A stretch of DNA of 64,000 nucleotides from an uncultured delta proteobacterium (GCA_963708295.1 CAVPSJ010000016.1:64001-128000); one strand, 5' to 3'. Counted from the stretch's first letter, positions 51,789 through 61,118 are shown. Program-made: numbers and translations. The notes: generated by a model from the letters alone, not told the origin.

Positions 51789-52985
51789 TCATCCGCAATA
51801 TTGGGCGACGCGCTGGGAAACAAAGTCAACCATCGACTGGGTCGCTCCGGAAAATTCCTTGGCCGTAGCCACCAGGGCCGGATGGGTATTGAACTCGTCG
51901 ATGGTGTAACCGTCCTCCGCATAGCCTCTTTTGAAATAAGGGATCTTGAGCAGTTTTTCCATGACTCCTTGCGGGACGGGTTCATCGATCTGGTTTCGAA
52001 ATTCGAGGTGACGACCGGTTTCGAGGAGACCCTCCAGATAACCGGGTGGGCAGGTGTAGACGATGTCCGCCCCGGCCGCTTTCTCGACATGCCAGGACCG
52101 AATTACGCCATCGACTTTAGGACTCATCCTCATGGAACAAAGGAGCATCTTGCCCGGATAATCGGAATTCTCTTTCACCAGGCGGCAGGCCTTCTTAAAA
52201 ATTGCAATTTCGGCCCAGCGAATCTCGGCTTCGCTCAAGTCAATATTTCTTTCCGTTGCCTCTTTCTGCAAGTCACCCAGGGTTCCATACCGGGCGCTCA
52301 TCGCCGTGATGACTGAACGCCATTCGGAGAGGTCAACTCCTTTGGCCCGGGCCTCTTTCAAGCCTGCGACCACCGCTTGCATGCAAGCGATGAACTGGGG
52401 AATGACGAAAGCAAGGGTGTTATTGGTCGGAATCCCTTTGGCGGTCAACTGTCGGATTACCTCATAGCCTTCTTTGGTTCCGGGGGCCTTGATCATCACA
52501 TTGGGTGAAAGAGTATGAAGTTCGACGCCTTGAGCGACCATTCTGTCCACATCGTGCCGGATACGAGGGTCGACCTGCCCTGAGATGTATCCGTGCTTGA
52601 AGTGAGAAGCCTTAAAGGTGGGGAGATACATCTCTGCCCCCCTTTTTACGATCTCTTTATACGTATTCCAAAAAACAACCTCCGTGTCCGTGCACCGGTC
52701 TTTGGCGATGAGCTGATCCACCCAGCCGCTCCAATATTCAGGGTCGTCCTTGATGGCATTGTAGGACAAAGGGGGGTTGGTGGTGACACCCCGGAAGATG
52801 TTTTTCTCAGGGGGGTTGTCTTTACGATAGAGACGGTCCAGCCACTCCTTCATTTGATTCTTATCGGAGGCCCTCTGAATCATTTTGGCGCGCCAGTTGT
52901 CGTAGATGATGGGGGAGGAATCCCACCAAATCTCCGCTTCCGGATTGACCTCCCATAACTTTTCGATCACACTCTTTGATCCCAT
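51789..52985 (-). CDS. Transaldolase-family protein
   Basis: WWDS, GVTTNP, G.ISGQVDP, NVMIKAP.T.EG (Schiff-base Lys), GI.TN.TL.F. Confidence 0.9.
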   Translation of the reverse strand: MGSKSVIEKLWEVNPEAEIWWDSSPIIYDNWRAKMIQRASDKNQMKEWLDRLYRKDNPPEKNIFRGVTTNPPLSYNAIKDDPEYWSGWVDQLIAKDRCTDTEVVFWNTYKEIVKRGAEMYLPTFKASHFKHGYISGQVDPRIRHDVDRMVAQGVELHTLSPNVMIKAPGTKEGYEVIRQLTAKGIPTNNTLAFVIPQFIACMQAVVAGLKEARAKGVDLSEWRSVITAMSARYGTLGDLQKEATERNIDLSEAEIRWAEIAIFKKACRLVKENSDYPGKMLLCSMRMSPKVDGVIRSWHVEKAAGADIVYTCPPGYLEGLLETGRHLEFRNQIDEPVPQGVMEKLLKIPYFKRGYAEDGYTIDEFNTHPALVATAKEFSGATQSMVDFVSQRVAQYCG

Positions 52986-53019
52986 TGATCACTCCTTCTT
53001 CTATTGAATATGGATTGTT

Positions 53020-53290
53020 CAGGTTGCTGAAAAATGGCCGTCGGCTGCGTTATCCGGTCCCCTTCGGGGACGTGGTAAAAAGTCGCTCCTTATTCGTCGC
53101 GACGCCACCCCTCATCCTTCCCCGTGTCAAGCACGGAGCAGGCTTGTTGCGACGGACCCGTAGGGAACGGCTTAAAACCGTTCCCTACAAAGGATTGCCT
53201 GCCTGAACGGCAGGTGAAAAGCACCGCGGGGGCCTTGCATCTAGCCCTTTTTGAGCAATCTGGGAAAGATGACTTTTCAGCAGTCTGCTA
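53020..53290. mobile_element. MITE family A, copy 3, with nested GTAG REP
   Basis: CAGGTTGCTGAAAAA ... TTTTCAGCAGTCTGCTA; internal GTAGGGAACGG...CCGTTCCCTACA at 53160-53189. Confidence 0.8.
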
Positions 53291-54061
53291 CCGGAGATAC
53301 CTCCCTCCGCTCACATCGATTGTGATCCCTGTCACGTAACTGGATTCATCGGAGGCAAGAAAGACAACCACAGAGGCCACTTCTCCCGGGGTTCCCAATC
53401 GACCCAGGGGGATGTTCGAAAGGACCTTTTTCTTTTCCTCCTCGCTTCTGTTATCCCAAAGCGATTGGATCCGATCCCCGGTCATGGTCACAGTGGGAGC
53501 CACCGCATTGACCCGGATACCTGCCTTTCCCCAATCATAGGCAAGTTGCCGGGTGAGTCCTTCCACTCCGGCCTTGGCTGCCGTATATTGGACGCCTGCC
53601 AGGGAGGCTCTCCAGTGGCCCGCCAGAGCCGAGATGTTCACAATAACTCCACCTCTCTGCTTCACCATCTCCGGAATAACCGCTTGACAGCATAAGAACG
53701 CTCCCTTCAGATTCACATCCAGAACGAGGTTCCAATCCTTTTCTTCGATCTCTTCGAGAACATAAGGGGTATTGAGAGCTCCTCCCGCGTTATTCACCAG
53801 GATGTCCACACTTCCCCATCGCTTCTTCATCTCCTGGACAAACGAACGGACATCGGATCTTTGGGTCACATCGATTTTTCTTCCCATCGTGCGATCCTGT
53901 CTCTCATCCAATTGTTTCGCGGCCTCAGCCGCTCCTTTTTCGTCGACGTCGAGGATGGCGACCCGTGATCCCTCCTGATGCAGGGCTTTGGCGATGGCAA
54001 ACCCCATCCCACGGGCGCCGCCCGTTACGATGGCATTTTTGTTCTGAAGGCGTTGACCCAT
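53288..54061 (-). CDS. Short-chain dehydrogenase/reductase
   Basis: TGGARGMG, VNNAG, YTAAK. Confidence 0.93.
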   Translation of the reverse strand: MGQRLQNKNAIVTGGARGMGFAIAKALHQEGSRVAILDVDEKGAAEAAKQLDERQDRTMGRKIDVTQRSDVRSFVQEMKKRWGSVDILVNNAGGALNTPYVLEEIEEKDWNLVLDVNLKGAFLCCQAVIPEMVKQRGGVIVNISALAGHWRASLAGVQYTAAKAGVEGLTRQLAYDWGKAGIRVNAVAPTVTMTGDRIQSLWDNRSEEEKKKVLSNIPLGRLGTPGEVASVVVFLASDESSYVTGITIDVSGGRYLR

Positions 54062-54085
54062 ACTTTTCTCCTGCTCAGGGAGCTA

Positions 54086-54219
54086 TGACCGGCAAGTGCC
54101 CCGCAAGCCCCGCCTCGTAGGCGGGGTCAAGGGGCATCATCAGAATGAAATTTCCTTTGCTCGCATCCGGCTCGCCGCTCCGTGCCCGCGAAGCCCCGCC
54201 CTATGGGCGGGGAGCTTCA
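54086..54219. repeat. Palindrome-ended repeat family B, copy 3
   Basis: Homologous to 15001-15177; terminal TCA is the stop codon of the UPF0261 gene. Confidence 0.8.
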
Positions 54220-55461
54220 TTTTTGTTTCTCCATCACCGAAAGAAAAGCTTCTGTCACGGGATCGATGAATTCGGGATCGTTGATATGGGCATCCAATTC
54301 GACGACGGGAATCGAAGGGTTCAGGCTCGCCTTGAATGAATCGATGAACGCTCGATTTCCCTCCGGCTCCCAGTGAGGCAAACCTTTTCTGTCAGGGTAA
54401 GAGAATCCCTTCATGGGAATAAATACCCGGATGAGTCCTTTCCCGCGATTGAGCTTCTGAGCCGTCACTTTCCCGACGCTGACGAGTTCGTCCGAACTCA
54501 GTCGAACAAGGGTCAAGTTTGGATTGTGAACGATGTATTTTCTGGATTTGAGCTCCTTGGAAAGGCTGCCCAACGGGCCCCAGACCGCATAATTGATGCT
54601 TCCCGGAGCGACGACCTGAGGAAGGCCAAGGGCACCCGCGGCTTCTAATCGGTCATCCCGGATGGCACCGTGCAACCCCCCGGCAAAACGATCTCCGATC
54701 TCATGGAGGTTCAGATCCACCACCCCGCGGAAGGCGCCTTCCCGGATCATATCCTCCATGGCAATTCCCCCTGTCCCGTTCTGGTGGAAGGTCACCACCT
54801 CAAAGCCCCGGTCCTCCAGAATCTTCTTGCAGCGCAGAGCCCCTGGGGTGGTCGTGCCTAGCATGGACAAGGCGACGGGGATTCCCTGCGGGTTCAAGGA
54901 ACTTCCTTCGAATCCCTCAAGCATTCCACAAATCGCCCCTGCGGCATTCTCCAGGATGCGTTTGGTGACGAAGTTTAGCCCCTGAATGTCCGCCACCGAA
55001 TGCATCATGGCAATGTCTTTCGTTCCGACATACGGACCAAATGTAGCCCGGCCCGAAGCCACGGTCGAGACCATGAATCGGGGGACGCCTACAGGAAGGG
55101 ACCGCATCGCCGAACAGCCGATATCCGTTCCCTGGGCTCCTCCCATGCCGATGACCCCCTGGAACCGGCCCTGGGTGTAAAGCTCTTTGCAAATGATTTC
55201 CGCACCCCGAATCATGTTCAAGATGCATTTTCCCTTGTCGCCTGTGGCCACGATTTCTCGAAGCGGGGTTCCGCCACGGAGAGCAATCTGTTGCTGATCG
55301 ATATCCACCTGAGCGCGGGGAGGGGCGAGGATTCCGGCATCCATGGTCAAGACCGAAACCCCCCGGGCTTCGATTTTCTTCTTGAGGAAAAGGGCCTCGT
55401 CTTCCTTGGTATCGAAGGTTGCGATAAGAAGAACTGTCTTTTTCACTGTTTCCTTTCCCAT
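54217..55461 (-). CDS. Tm-1-like ATP-binding domain protein (UPF0261)
   Basis: T.DTK..E, GG.QGT, LPVG.P..MVST, SVADI.GLN, FH.NG.GG.AME, HINDPEF. Confidence 0.9.
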   Translation of the reverse strand: MGKETVKKTVLLIATFDTKEDEALFLKKKIEARGVSVLTMDAGILAPPRAQVDIDQQQIALRGGTPLREIVATGDKGKCILNMIRGAEIICKELYTQGRFQGVIGMGGAQGTDIGCSAMRSLPVGVPRFMVSTVASGRATFGPYVGTKDIAMMHSVADIQGLNFVTKRILENAAGAICGMLEGFEGSSLNPQGIPVALSMLGTTTPGALRCKKILEDRGFEVVTFHQNGTGGIAMEDMIREGAFRGVVDLNLHEIGDRFAGGLHGAIRDDRLEAAGALGLPQVVAPGSINYAVWGPLGSLSKELKSRKYIVHNPNLTLVRLSSDELVSVGKVTAQKLNRGKGLIRVFIPMKGFSYPDRKGLPHWEPEGNRAFIDSFKASLNPSIPVVELDAHINDPEFIDPVTEAFLSVMEKQK

Positions 55462-55507
55462 CTCCGTCCCGGTAGAAACGATGGCCGGTAAGCTATTTCC
55501 TCTGTGC

Positions 55508-56416
55508 TTATTTCAAAAATCCAGAAGCCTTGAGGTCCTCCAGGAGTTTCTTCGTCTCCTCCGCTGTCAGGGGAGCCAAAGGAGATCGAGGGGGACCGCC
55601 ATAAAAGCCTGCAAAGTCCATGGCTGCCTTCACCCCTGCGACGCCGAATTTTCCGGAGACCTTTTGATTCAGCTCCATGAGCTGAAATTGTAGCTCGCGA
55701 CCCTCTTTGAGCTGGCCGTTGACCCCTAAGTCATAGAGCTTGCAACAGGGCTCTGGAAAAGCATCAGCCAGGGAAAGGACCCCTCCCACTGCGCCCATGA
55801 GCAATCCTGTAAAAAAGAAATTCGCAGACCCGGCGAGAAGGGAGAACCTGGGTTTGGCGTTTAGGATATAGGCGCTGAGATTCCCCGGAGAGCTGTCTTT
55901 CATCCCGACGATTTTTGGGTGAGAGGAGACCTCTTTGATCACAGCCGTAGAGAGGGTAACGCCGGTCACACCCGGATTGTTGTAGAGGAGAACGGGGATG
56001 GGAGATTGATCTGCCACCTGGACGAAGTGCTGAATCAGGATCTTGTCCGTCATCTTCTTAGCAAAGAAGAACGGGGTGATGAGGCTTCCGTAATGGGCGC
56101 CGATCTCTGCTGCCTGGTGACAGAGTTCAATGGAGACCTTAGTCGACTCCGCGCCGGTTCCCGCCATAATGACTTTCCCGGGCGAGGCCGTTTTGACGAC
56201 CGTTTTGAGCACTTCCATCTGCTCATGGCTGGAGAGGCTGCGGAACTCACCGTTCGTCCCCAATACCAGATAGCCACGAAGTCTGCTTGGATTGAGCCTC
56301 TGAATATTGGAGGTGAGTTTTTCCAAAAGAAGATCGCCCTGTTCATGAAATGGAGTGGTGATCGGAGCGAAGACTCCCGAAAGCTTTTCTCGATGCATGG
56401 ATTCGTTCTCTTTCAT
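55508..56416 (-). CDS. Dihydrodipicolinate synthase/HOGA-like class I aldolase
   Basis: GTNGE, LYNNP..TG, GMKDS, G.KAAM. Confidence 0.92.
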   Translation of the reverse strand: MKENESMHREKLSGVFAPITTPFHEQGDLLLEKLTSNIQRLNPSRLRGYLVLGTNGEFRSLSSHEQMEVLKTVVKTASPGKVIMAGTGAESTKVSIELCHQAAEIGAHYGSLITPFFFAKKMTDKILIQHFVQVADQSPIPVLLYNNPGVTGVTLSTAVIKEVSSHPKIVGMKDSSPGNLSAYILNAKPRFSLLAGSANFFFTGLLMGAVGGVLSLADAFPEPCCKLYDLGVNGQLKEGRELQFQLMELNQKVSGKFGVAGVKAAMDFAGFYGGPPRSPLAPLTAEETKKLLEDLKASGFLK

Positions 56417-56717
56417 CGTTTGAAAACCCTTTCTTTTATGGCTCGGTTCAAAAGTAATATGACCGCCTGGCAGTCTGACAATTTATTGAAATCCTCGCCT
56501 CTTGTCAATAGAAAAGGAGAGAGGATTTCGAGTCACCCATCAGTCCATCATTGTATGGAAATTGGAGACTGAATCATTTCTTCCTTACCTTTACAAAACG
56601 AAGGCATACCCCTCTTTGGCAAATGGTTCGACTTGCTCACCATCCTGAGCTTGTCGATGGAGAGGGGTTAGGGGAGATTTTCAGAAGAAGATGTCTTTTC
56701 AATGATGGACTCCCGGC

Positions 56718-58331
56718 TCAACCGATTTTTCCTAGGACTTCCTCTTTTTTCCCCTGACTCAGGACCTTACCCTTTTGAAGACGCATGACATGGGTCACGC
56801 AATCCAGTATCTCCTCCTTGTGATTCGTCACGTAAAGAAGGTTGGTTTGGGTGTGGCCGATTCGTTCCAGAATGTCCAGGACCCTTTTTCGATTCGGGAT
56901 GTCCAATCCGTGACAAGGTTCGTCCACAATCAGAAGCGCCGGCGACTTCACCATGGCCCGCGCCAGGAGGATCATCCGCCTTTGTCCGTAAGAAAGGTGA
57001 TGAAAAGGCTGATGGGCAATATCCTCGATACAAAGAAGCCGGATCCATCGGTCGACGGCCTTCTTCTGGTCTTCGGTCGGATATTGATACAATCCGATGG
57101 AATCATAGAATCCCGAGGCGATCACGTCGTAAGCGCTCATCTTCTTACGGTATTGAACCTGCAATTCCGACGAAACCGCCCCGATCCTCTTTTTGATTTC
57201 CCATAAGGTTTCCCCGGTTCCCTTTTGCTTTCCGAACAGGATCACTTGATTGGCATAGCCTTGGAGATTATCTCCGAGGATCAGCTTCAGGATCGTCGAT
57301 TTTCCGGATCCATTGGGCCCGACGATCGCCCAGTTTTCACCCCGCCTCATCATCCAGTTCAGACGATTGAGGACCGGGAGGCCCTGATATTGGACGGTCG
57401 TATCCCTCATCTCAATCAGAATATCGGGCAGGACTTCGGGCAGAATGCCGGGTTCATTTAAGTTCCCTCCGTCGGCCCTCGGGGCCGTCGCCATGGACTT
57501 GCTTTCGTCCTTCCCAAAAGAAACCAGGTAAGTCCCGTTGTTTCGCTCCAGCTCGAGCGGGCATCCGTAGAGTTGGCTGATGTTTTCAGAGGTCAGCAGG
57601 TATTCCTTCGGCCCTTGCATAAAAAGCTGACCCTCTTTAATGAACAGCACGTGGGTGATACGGGATAGGATCTCTTCCAGTCGATGGGACACGAGAATGA
57701 CCCGCACCGACCCAGTCATGAGGTGGTTGATCGACTCGGCGAGGGACCGGCGGGCGGATTCGTCGAGTCCATCGAAAGGTTCGTCCAGGATGAGTAGCTT
57801 CGGAGCCTTAATCAATGCCCTGGCGATCAGGGTCTTGCGCATCTCGCCGGTAGACAGGGAGATAACATTCTTTTCGAGGAGAGGACCAATTTCCAGGAGG
57901 TCTGCGATCTCACCGCACCTGGCTTCATCTTCGGCAGTCAAGGTACGGTTGGTGAGGATGCTGGAGTAGATGACATCCCGGGCGGTCGTGATTTCACCCG
58001 TTTTATTGGCGAAGGCCCGAAGATCCTCTTGCATCTCCTCGTGCTCCATCAGCCGGTGATGGGTCTCAAAGGAGACATAGCCGATCGCCTCCCTTTGGGA
58101 GAGAGGATTCTCGGTCGTTGAGTCTGAAAAATGGAAGAAGATCTTTCCCTTCAGAAGGGGCACGCCTCCCCAGAGGGCCCGGACGAAGGTAGATTTTCCG
58201 GCTCCATTCGGCCCCAGAATGGCCCAATGCTCATCCGAATGAATTCGCCAGGAGCTGTTTTGAAGCATTAACCGACCCTGTAGGCGGCAGGTGATGTTTT
58301 CAACGCTGATAAAAGGCCGCTTCTTAACCAT
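56718..58331 (-). CDS. modF: ModF-like duplicated ABC ATPase
   Basis: Two GPNG.GKST Walker A motifs, LSTGE / LSYGQ signatures, GE.LWEIKKRIG. Confidence 0.85.
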   Translation of the reverse strand: MVKKRPFISVENITCRLQGRLMLQNSSWRIHSDEHWAILGPNGAGKSTFVRALWGGVPLLKGKIFFHFSDSTTENPLSQREAIGYVSFETHHRLMEHEEMQEDLRAFANKTGEITTARDVIYSSILTNRTLTAEDEARCGEIADLLEIGPLLEKNVISLSTGEMRKTLIARALIKAPKLLILDEPFDGLDESARRSLAESINHLMTGSVRVILVSHRLEEILSRITHVLFIKEGQLFMQGPKEYLLTSENISQLYGCPLELERNNGTYLVSFGKDESKSMATAPRADGGNLNEPGILPEVLPDILIEMRDTTVQYQGLPVLNRLNWMMRRGENWAIVGPNGSGKSTILKLILGDNLQGYANQVILFGKQKGTGETLWEIKKRIGAVSSELQVQYRKKMSAYDVIASGFYDSIGLYQYPTEDQKKAVDRWIRLLCIEDIAHQPFHHLSYGQRRMILLARAMVKSPALLIVDEPCHGLDIPNRKRVLDILERIGHTQTNLLYVTNHKEEILDCVTHVMRLQKGKVLSQGKKEEVLGKIG

Positions 58332-58361
58332 CGATTACCCTAACCTTGTACAGCCATCACT

Positions 58362-58520
58362 TGAAATCCCAAGCGTTAAACCCCAAACTCCGGATAAGTT
58401 CCAACCGCCAATGACCTAAACTCTTCTGTTTGGGGATTTGGTTATGGGTGCTTATTTGGAGTTTGGCCTGCCTGCGCGTAGCCCCGCCTTGCAGGGCGAA
58501 GGCAGGAGCTTGGGATTTGA
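58362..58520. repeat. Heptamer-type inverted tract with a nested CCTGCC...GGCAGG palindrome
   Basis: AAATCCCAAGC ... GCTTGGGATTT ends. Confidence 0.55.
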
Positions 58521-58601
58521 TGCTTATGATTCCCTTGAGTAAAGCACTGTCAACATTTTCCCCTGAGGATCGGGAGAAGGGGAAAGCGGGGTCTCCTGGG
58601 A

Positions 58602-59660
58602 TCAGGCTTCTCTTTTCCAGTTTTCAGGACGGAGGTCTCTGACCTTCTTGCCGGCTTCCCACATTTCCGAACTTCCCATCTCCGCAAGCTCGGCATTCAG
58701 CTTTTCCCGATAGTCCGGCTGACTGTTCCTTTCGAGCACAATCTTGGCTTCTGTGCCGTTGGCAACGCTTTCGTAGAGCTGGGAGAACAAGGGGGCAACG
58801 GCTTCTCGAAACCTTCCCTTCCAATCCAGAGCCCCTCGCTGGGCCGTCGTGCTGCAGTTGGCGTAAAGCCAGTCCATGCCCTTCTCTGCAGCGAGCTTGA
58901 TCAGGCTCTGCGTGAACTCTTCGACGGTTTCATTAAAGGCTTCACTGGGAGTGTGGCCATGTTTTCTCAACTCGTTATACTGGGCCTCCATGATACCGGC
59001 AATGGCGCCCATCAATACCCCTCGCTCGCCCACCAGATCGCTATAGACTTCGCTCTTAAAAGTCGTCTCGAAGAGATAGCCCGATCCCATGGCGATGCCC
59101 AAAGCGAGGGTCTTTTCTTCAGCCCTTCCCGTGTAATCCTGGAAGACGGCAAAGCTGCTGTTGATCCCGCTTCCCTCCAGGAAGTTACGCCGAACGGAGA
59201 GCCCAGAGCCTTTTGGGGCCACCAGGACGACATCGATATCTTTTGGAGGGATCACCCCGGTCAGGTCTTTATAGGTGATCGAAAAACCATGGGAAAAGAA
59301 TAAGGTTTTCCCTTTCGTGAGATGAGGTTTCAGTTTCGGCCAGAAGGTCTTCTGCCCCGCATCGGAGAGGAGGTACTCAATGACCGTCCCTTTCGCAGCG
59401 GCCTCCTCAAGGGGATAGAGTGTGACACCGGGTACCCAGCCGTCTTTAAGGGCTTTATCCCATGAGGATGTATTCTTGCGCTGTCCGACGATCACGCGGA
59501 TCCCATTATCTCTCATGTTGAGACTCTGTCCCGGGCCCTGTACACCGTATCCAAGGACAGCGACGGTGTCCCCTTTGAGGACCTCTTGTGCCCTCGAAAG
59601 AGGAAATTCTTCACGGGTCACTACCCTTTCTTCGACTCCACCAAAGTTAATCCTTGCCAT
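58602..59660 (-). CDS. ilvC: Ketol-acid reductoisomerase
   Basis: GYGVQG, FSHGF, APKGSG, SDL.GERG.LMG, CSTTAQRGALDW. Confidence 0.96.
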   Translation of the reverse strand: MARINFGGVEERVVTREEFPLSRAQEVLKGDTVAVLGYGVQGPGQSLNMRDNGIRVIVGQRKNTSSWDKALKDGWVPGVTLYPLEEAAAKGTVIEYLLSDAGQKTFWPKLKPHLTKGKTLFFSHGFSITYKDLTGVIPPKDIDVVLVAPKGSGLSVRRNFLEGSGINSSFAVFQDYTGRAEEKTLALGIAMGSGYLFETTFKSEVYSDLVGERGVLMGAIAGIMEAQYNELRKHGHTPSEAFNETVEEFTQSLIKLAAEKGMDWLYANCSTTAQRGALDWKGRFREAVAPLFSQLYESVANGTEAKIVLERNSQPDYREKLNAELAEMGSSEMWEAGKKVRDLRPENWKREA

Positions 59661-59834
59661 AGGCAGTCCTCCTAGAATGATAGAAAGTAATCATTACATT
59701 TTAATGCATTTGTCGAGTTAAAGCAATCATTTCCAAAAGTTCTGGATTTTTCTTGGAATTTCGAGTAGGATGATATAGGTATCGAAATACCGTATTTCAG
59801 GATAGATGGAGAGTAACTTGAAGGAGACTTTGAA

Positions 59835-61118
59835 ATGAAAAGAAAGAAATCGGTGGGACTTTACCAGAGGGCATTGGGATTAATTTCGGGAGGAGTGAAC
59901 AGCCCGGTCAGAGCTTTCAGAGCCGTTGGCATCTCACCCGTGTTCATTGATCGTGCGAAGGGGGCAAAGATTTGGGATATCGACGGGAATGAGTACATCG
60001 ACTACGTCGGATCCTGGGGTCCAATGATTTTAGGACATGCTCACCCGAAAGTGATTGCGGCACTCAAAAAGATGGCCCCCAAAGGTACAAGTTTTGGGGC
60101 TCCGACGCCTCTGGAAGTCGAGCTTGCCATCAAAGTGAAGAACGCCTTCCCTTCGATGGAGTTGTTGAGGATGGTGAGTTCCGGCACAGAGGCAGTGATG
60201 AGTGCGATTCGGGTGGCCAGGGGATTTACGGGAAGAGATAAGATTCTCAAATTCGAAGGCTGTTATCACGGTCACGGTGACAGTCTCCTGGTAAAGGCAG
60301 GTTCCGGAGCGACCACCTTCGGAATTCCGGACAGCCTCGGAGTCCCTGAAGACCTGGCGAAACATACTCTCACGGCATCCTATAATGATCTGGAAAGCGT
60401 CAGAACGTTAGTAGATCGGTATCCGGAACAGATCGCGTGTATCATTGTGGAGCCTGTGGCAGGGAATATGGGCGTGATCCTTCCTGAGCGAGGATTTTTG
60501 GAAGGATTGAGAAAGATCTGCGATGAGCAGGGGAGCCTGCTTCTTTTTGACGAAGTGATTACAGGATTTCGGATCGCCCATGGAGGGGCTCAGGAGGTTT
60601 ACGGGATAAAACCAGATCTGACCTGCCTCGGGAAGATTATCGGAGGCGGTCTTCCTGTAGGGGCTTATGGCGGGAAAGAGAAGATCATGGAGACGGTGTC
60701 TCCTCTCGGAGGGGTCTATCAAGCGGGGACACTCTCGGGAAACCCCCTCGCCATGGCAGCCGGTCTCGAGACATTAAAGCTCCTCAGGGCCAAAAAGGTT
60801 TATAAGGACCTGGAGAAAAAGACCACCACCTTGACCGAGGCCCTGTCCAGAAGTGCTGAGGAGAAGGGCATCCCCGTCACCATCAACCGAACGACGGGGT
60901 TGTTCACCCTCTTTTTTACGGAAGGGCCGGTGAGAGATTATCAAACGGCCAAAACGAGCAATACGAAGCGATTCGCCCAATTCTTTGTCGAGATGATGGA
61001 GCAGGGGATCTATCTTCCACCCTCCCAATTCGAAGCCTGGTTCCTCTCTTTGGCACATACCCAGAAGGATCTGGATAAGACCATCGAAGCTTGTGATATC
61101 GCCTTCAAAAAGATTTGA
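59835..61118 (+). CDS. hemL: Glutamate-1-semialdehyde 2,1-aminomutase
   Basis: GGVNSPVRAF, YVGSWGP, FEGCYHGH, GKIIGGGLP, QAGTLSGNP. Confidence 0.97.
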   Translation: MKRKKSVGLYQRALGLISGGVNSPVRAFRAVGISPVFIDRAKGAKIWDIDGNEYIDYVGSWGPMILGHAHPKVIAALKKMAPKGTSFGAPTPLEVELAIKVKNAFPSMELLRMVSSGTEAVMSAIRVARGFTGRDKILKFEGCYHGHGDSLLVKAGSGATTFGIPDSLGVPEDLAKHTLTASYNDLESVRTLVDRYPEQIACIIVEPVAGNMGVILPERGFLEGLRKICDEQGSLLLFDEVITGFRIAHGGAQEVYGIKPDLTCLGKIIGGGLPVGAYGGKEKIMETVSPLGGVYQAGTLSGNPLAMAAGLETLKLLRAKKVYKDLEKKTTTLTEALSRSAEEKGIPVTINRTTGLFTLFFTEGPVRDYQTAKTSNTKRFAQFFVEMMEQGIYLPPSQFEAWFLSLAHTQKDLDKTIEACDIAFKKI

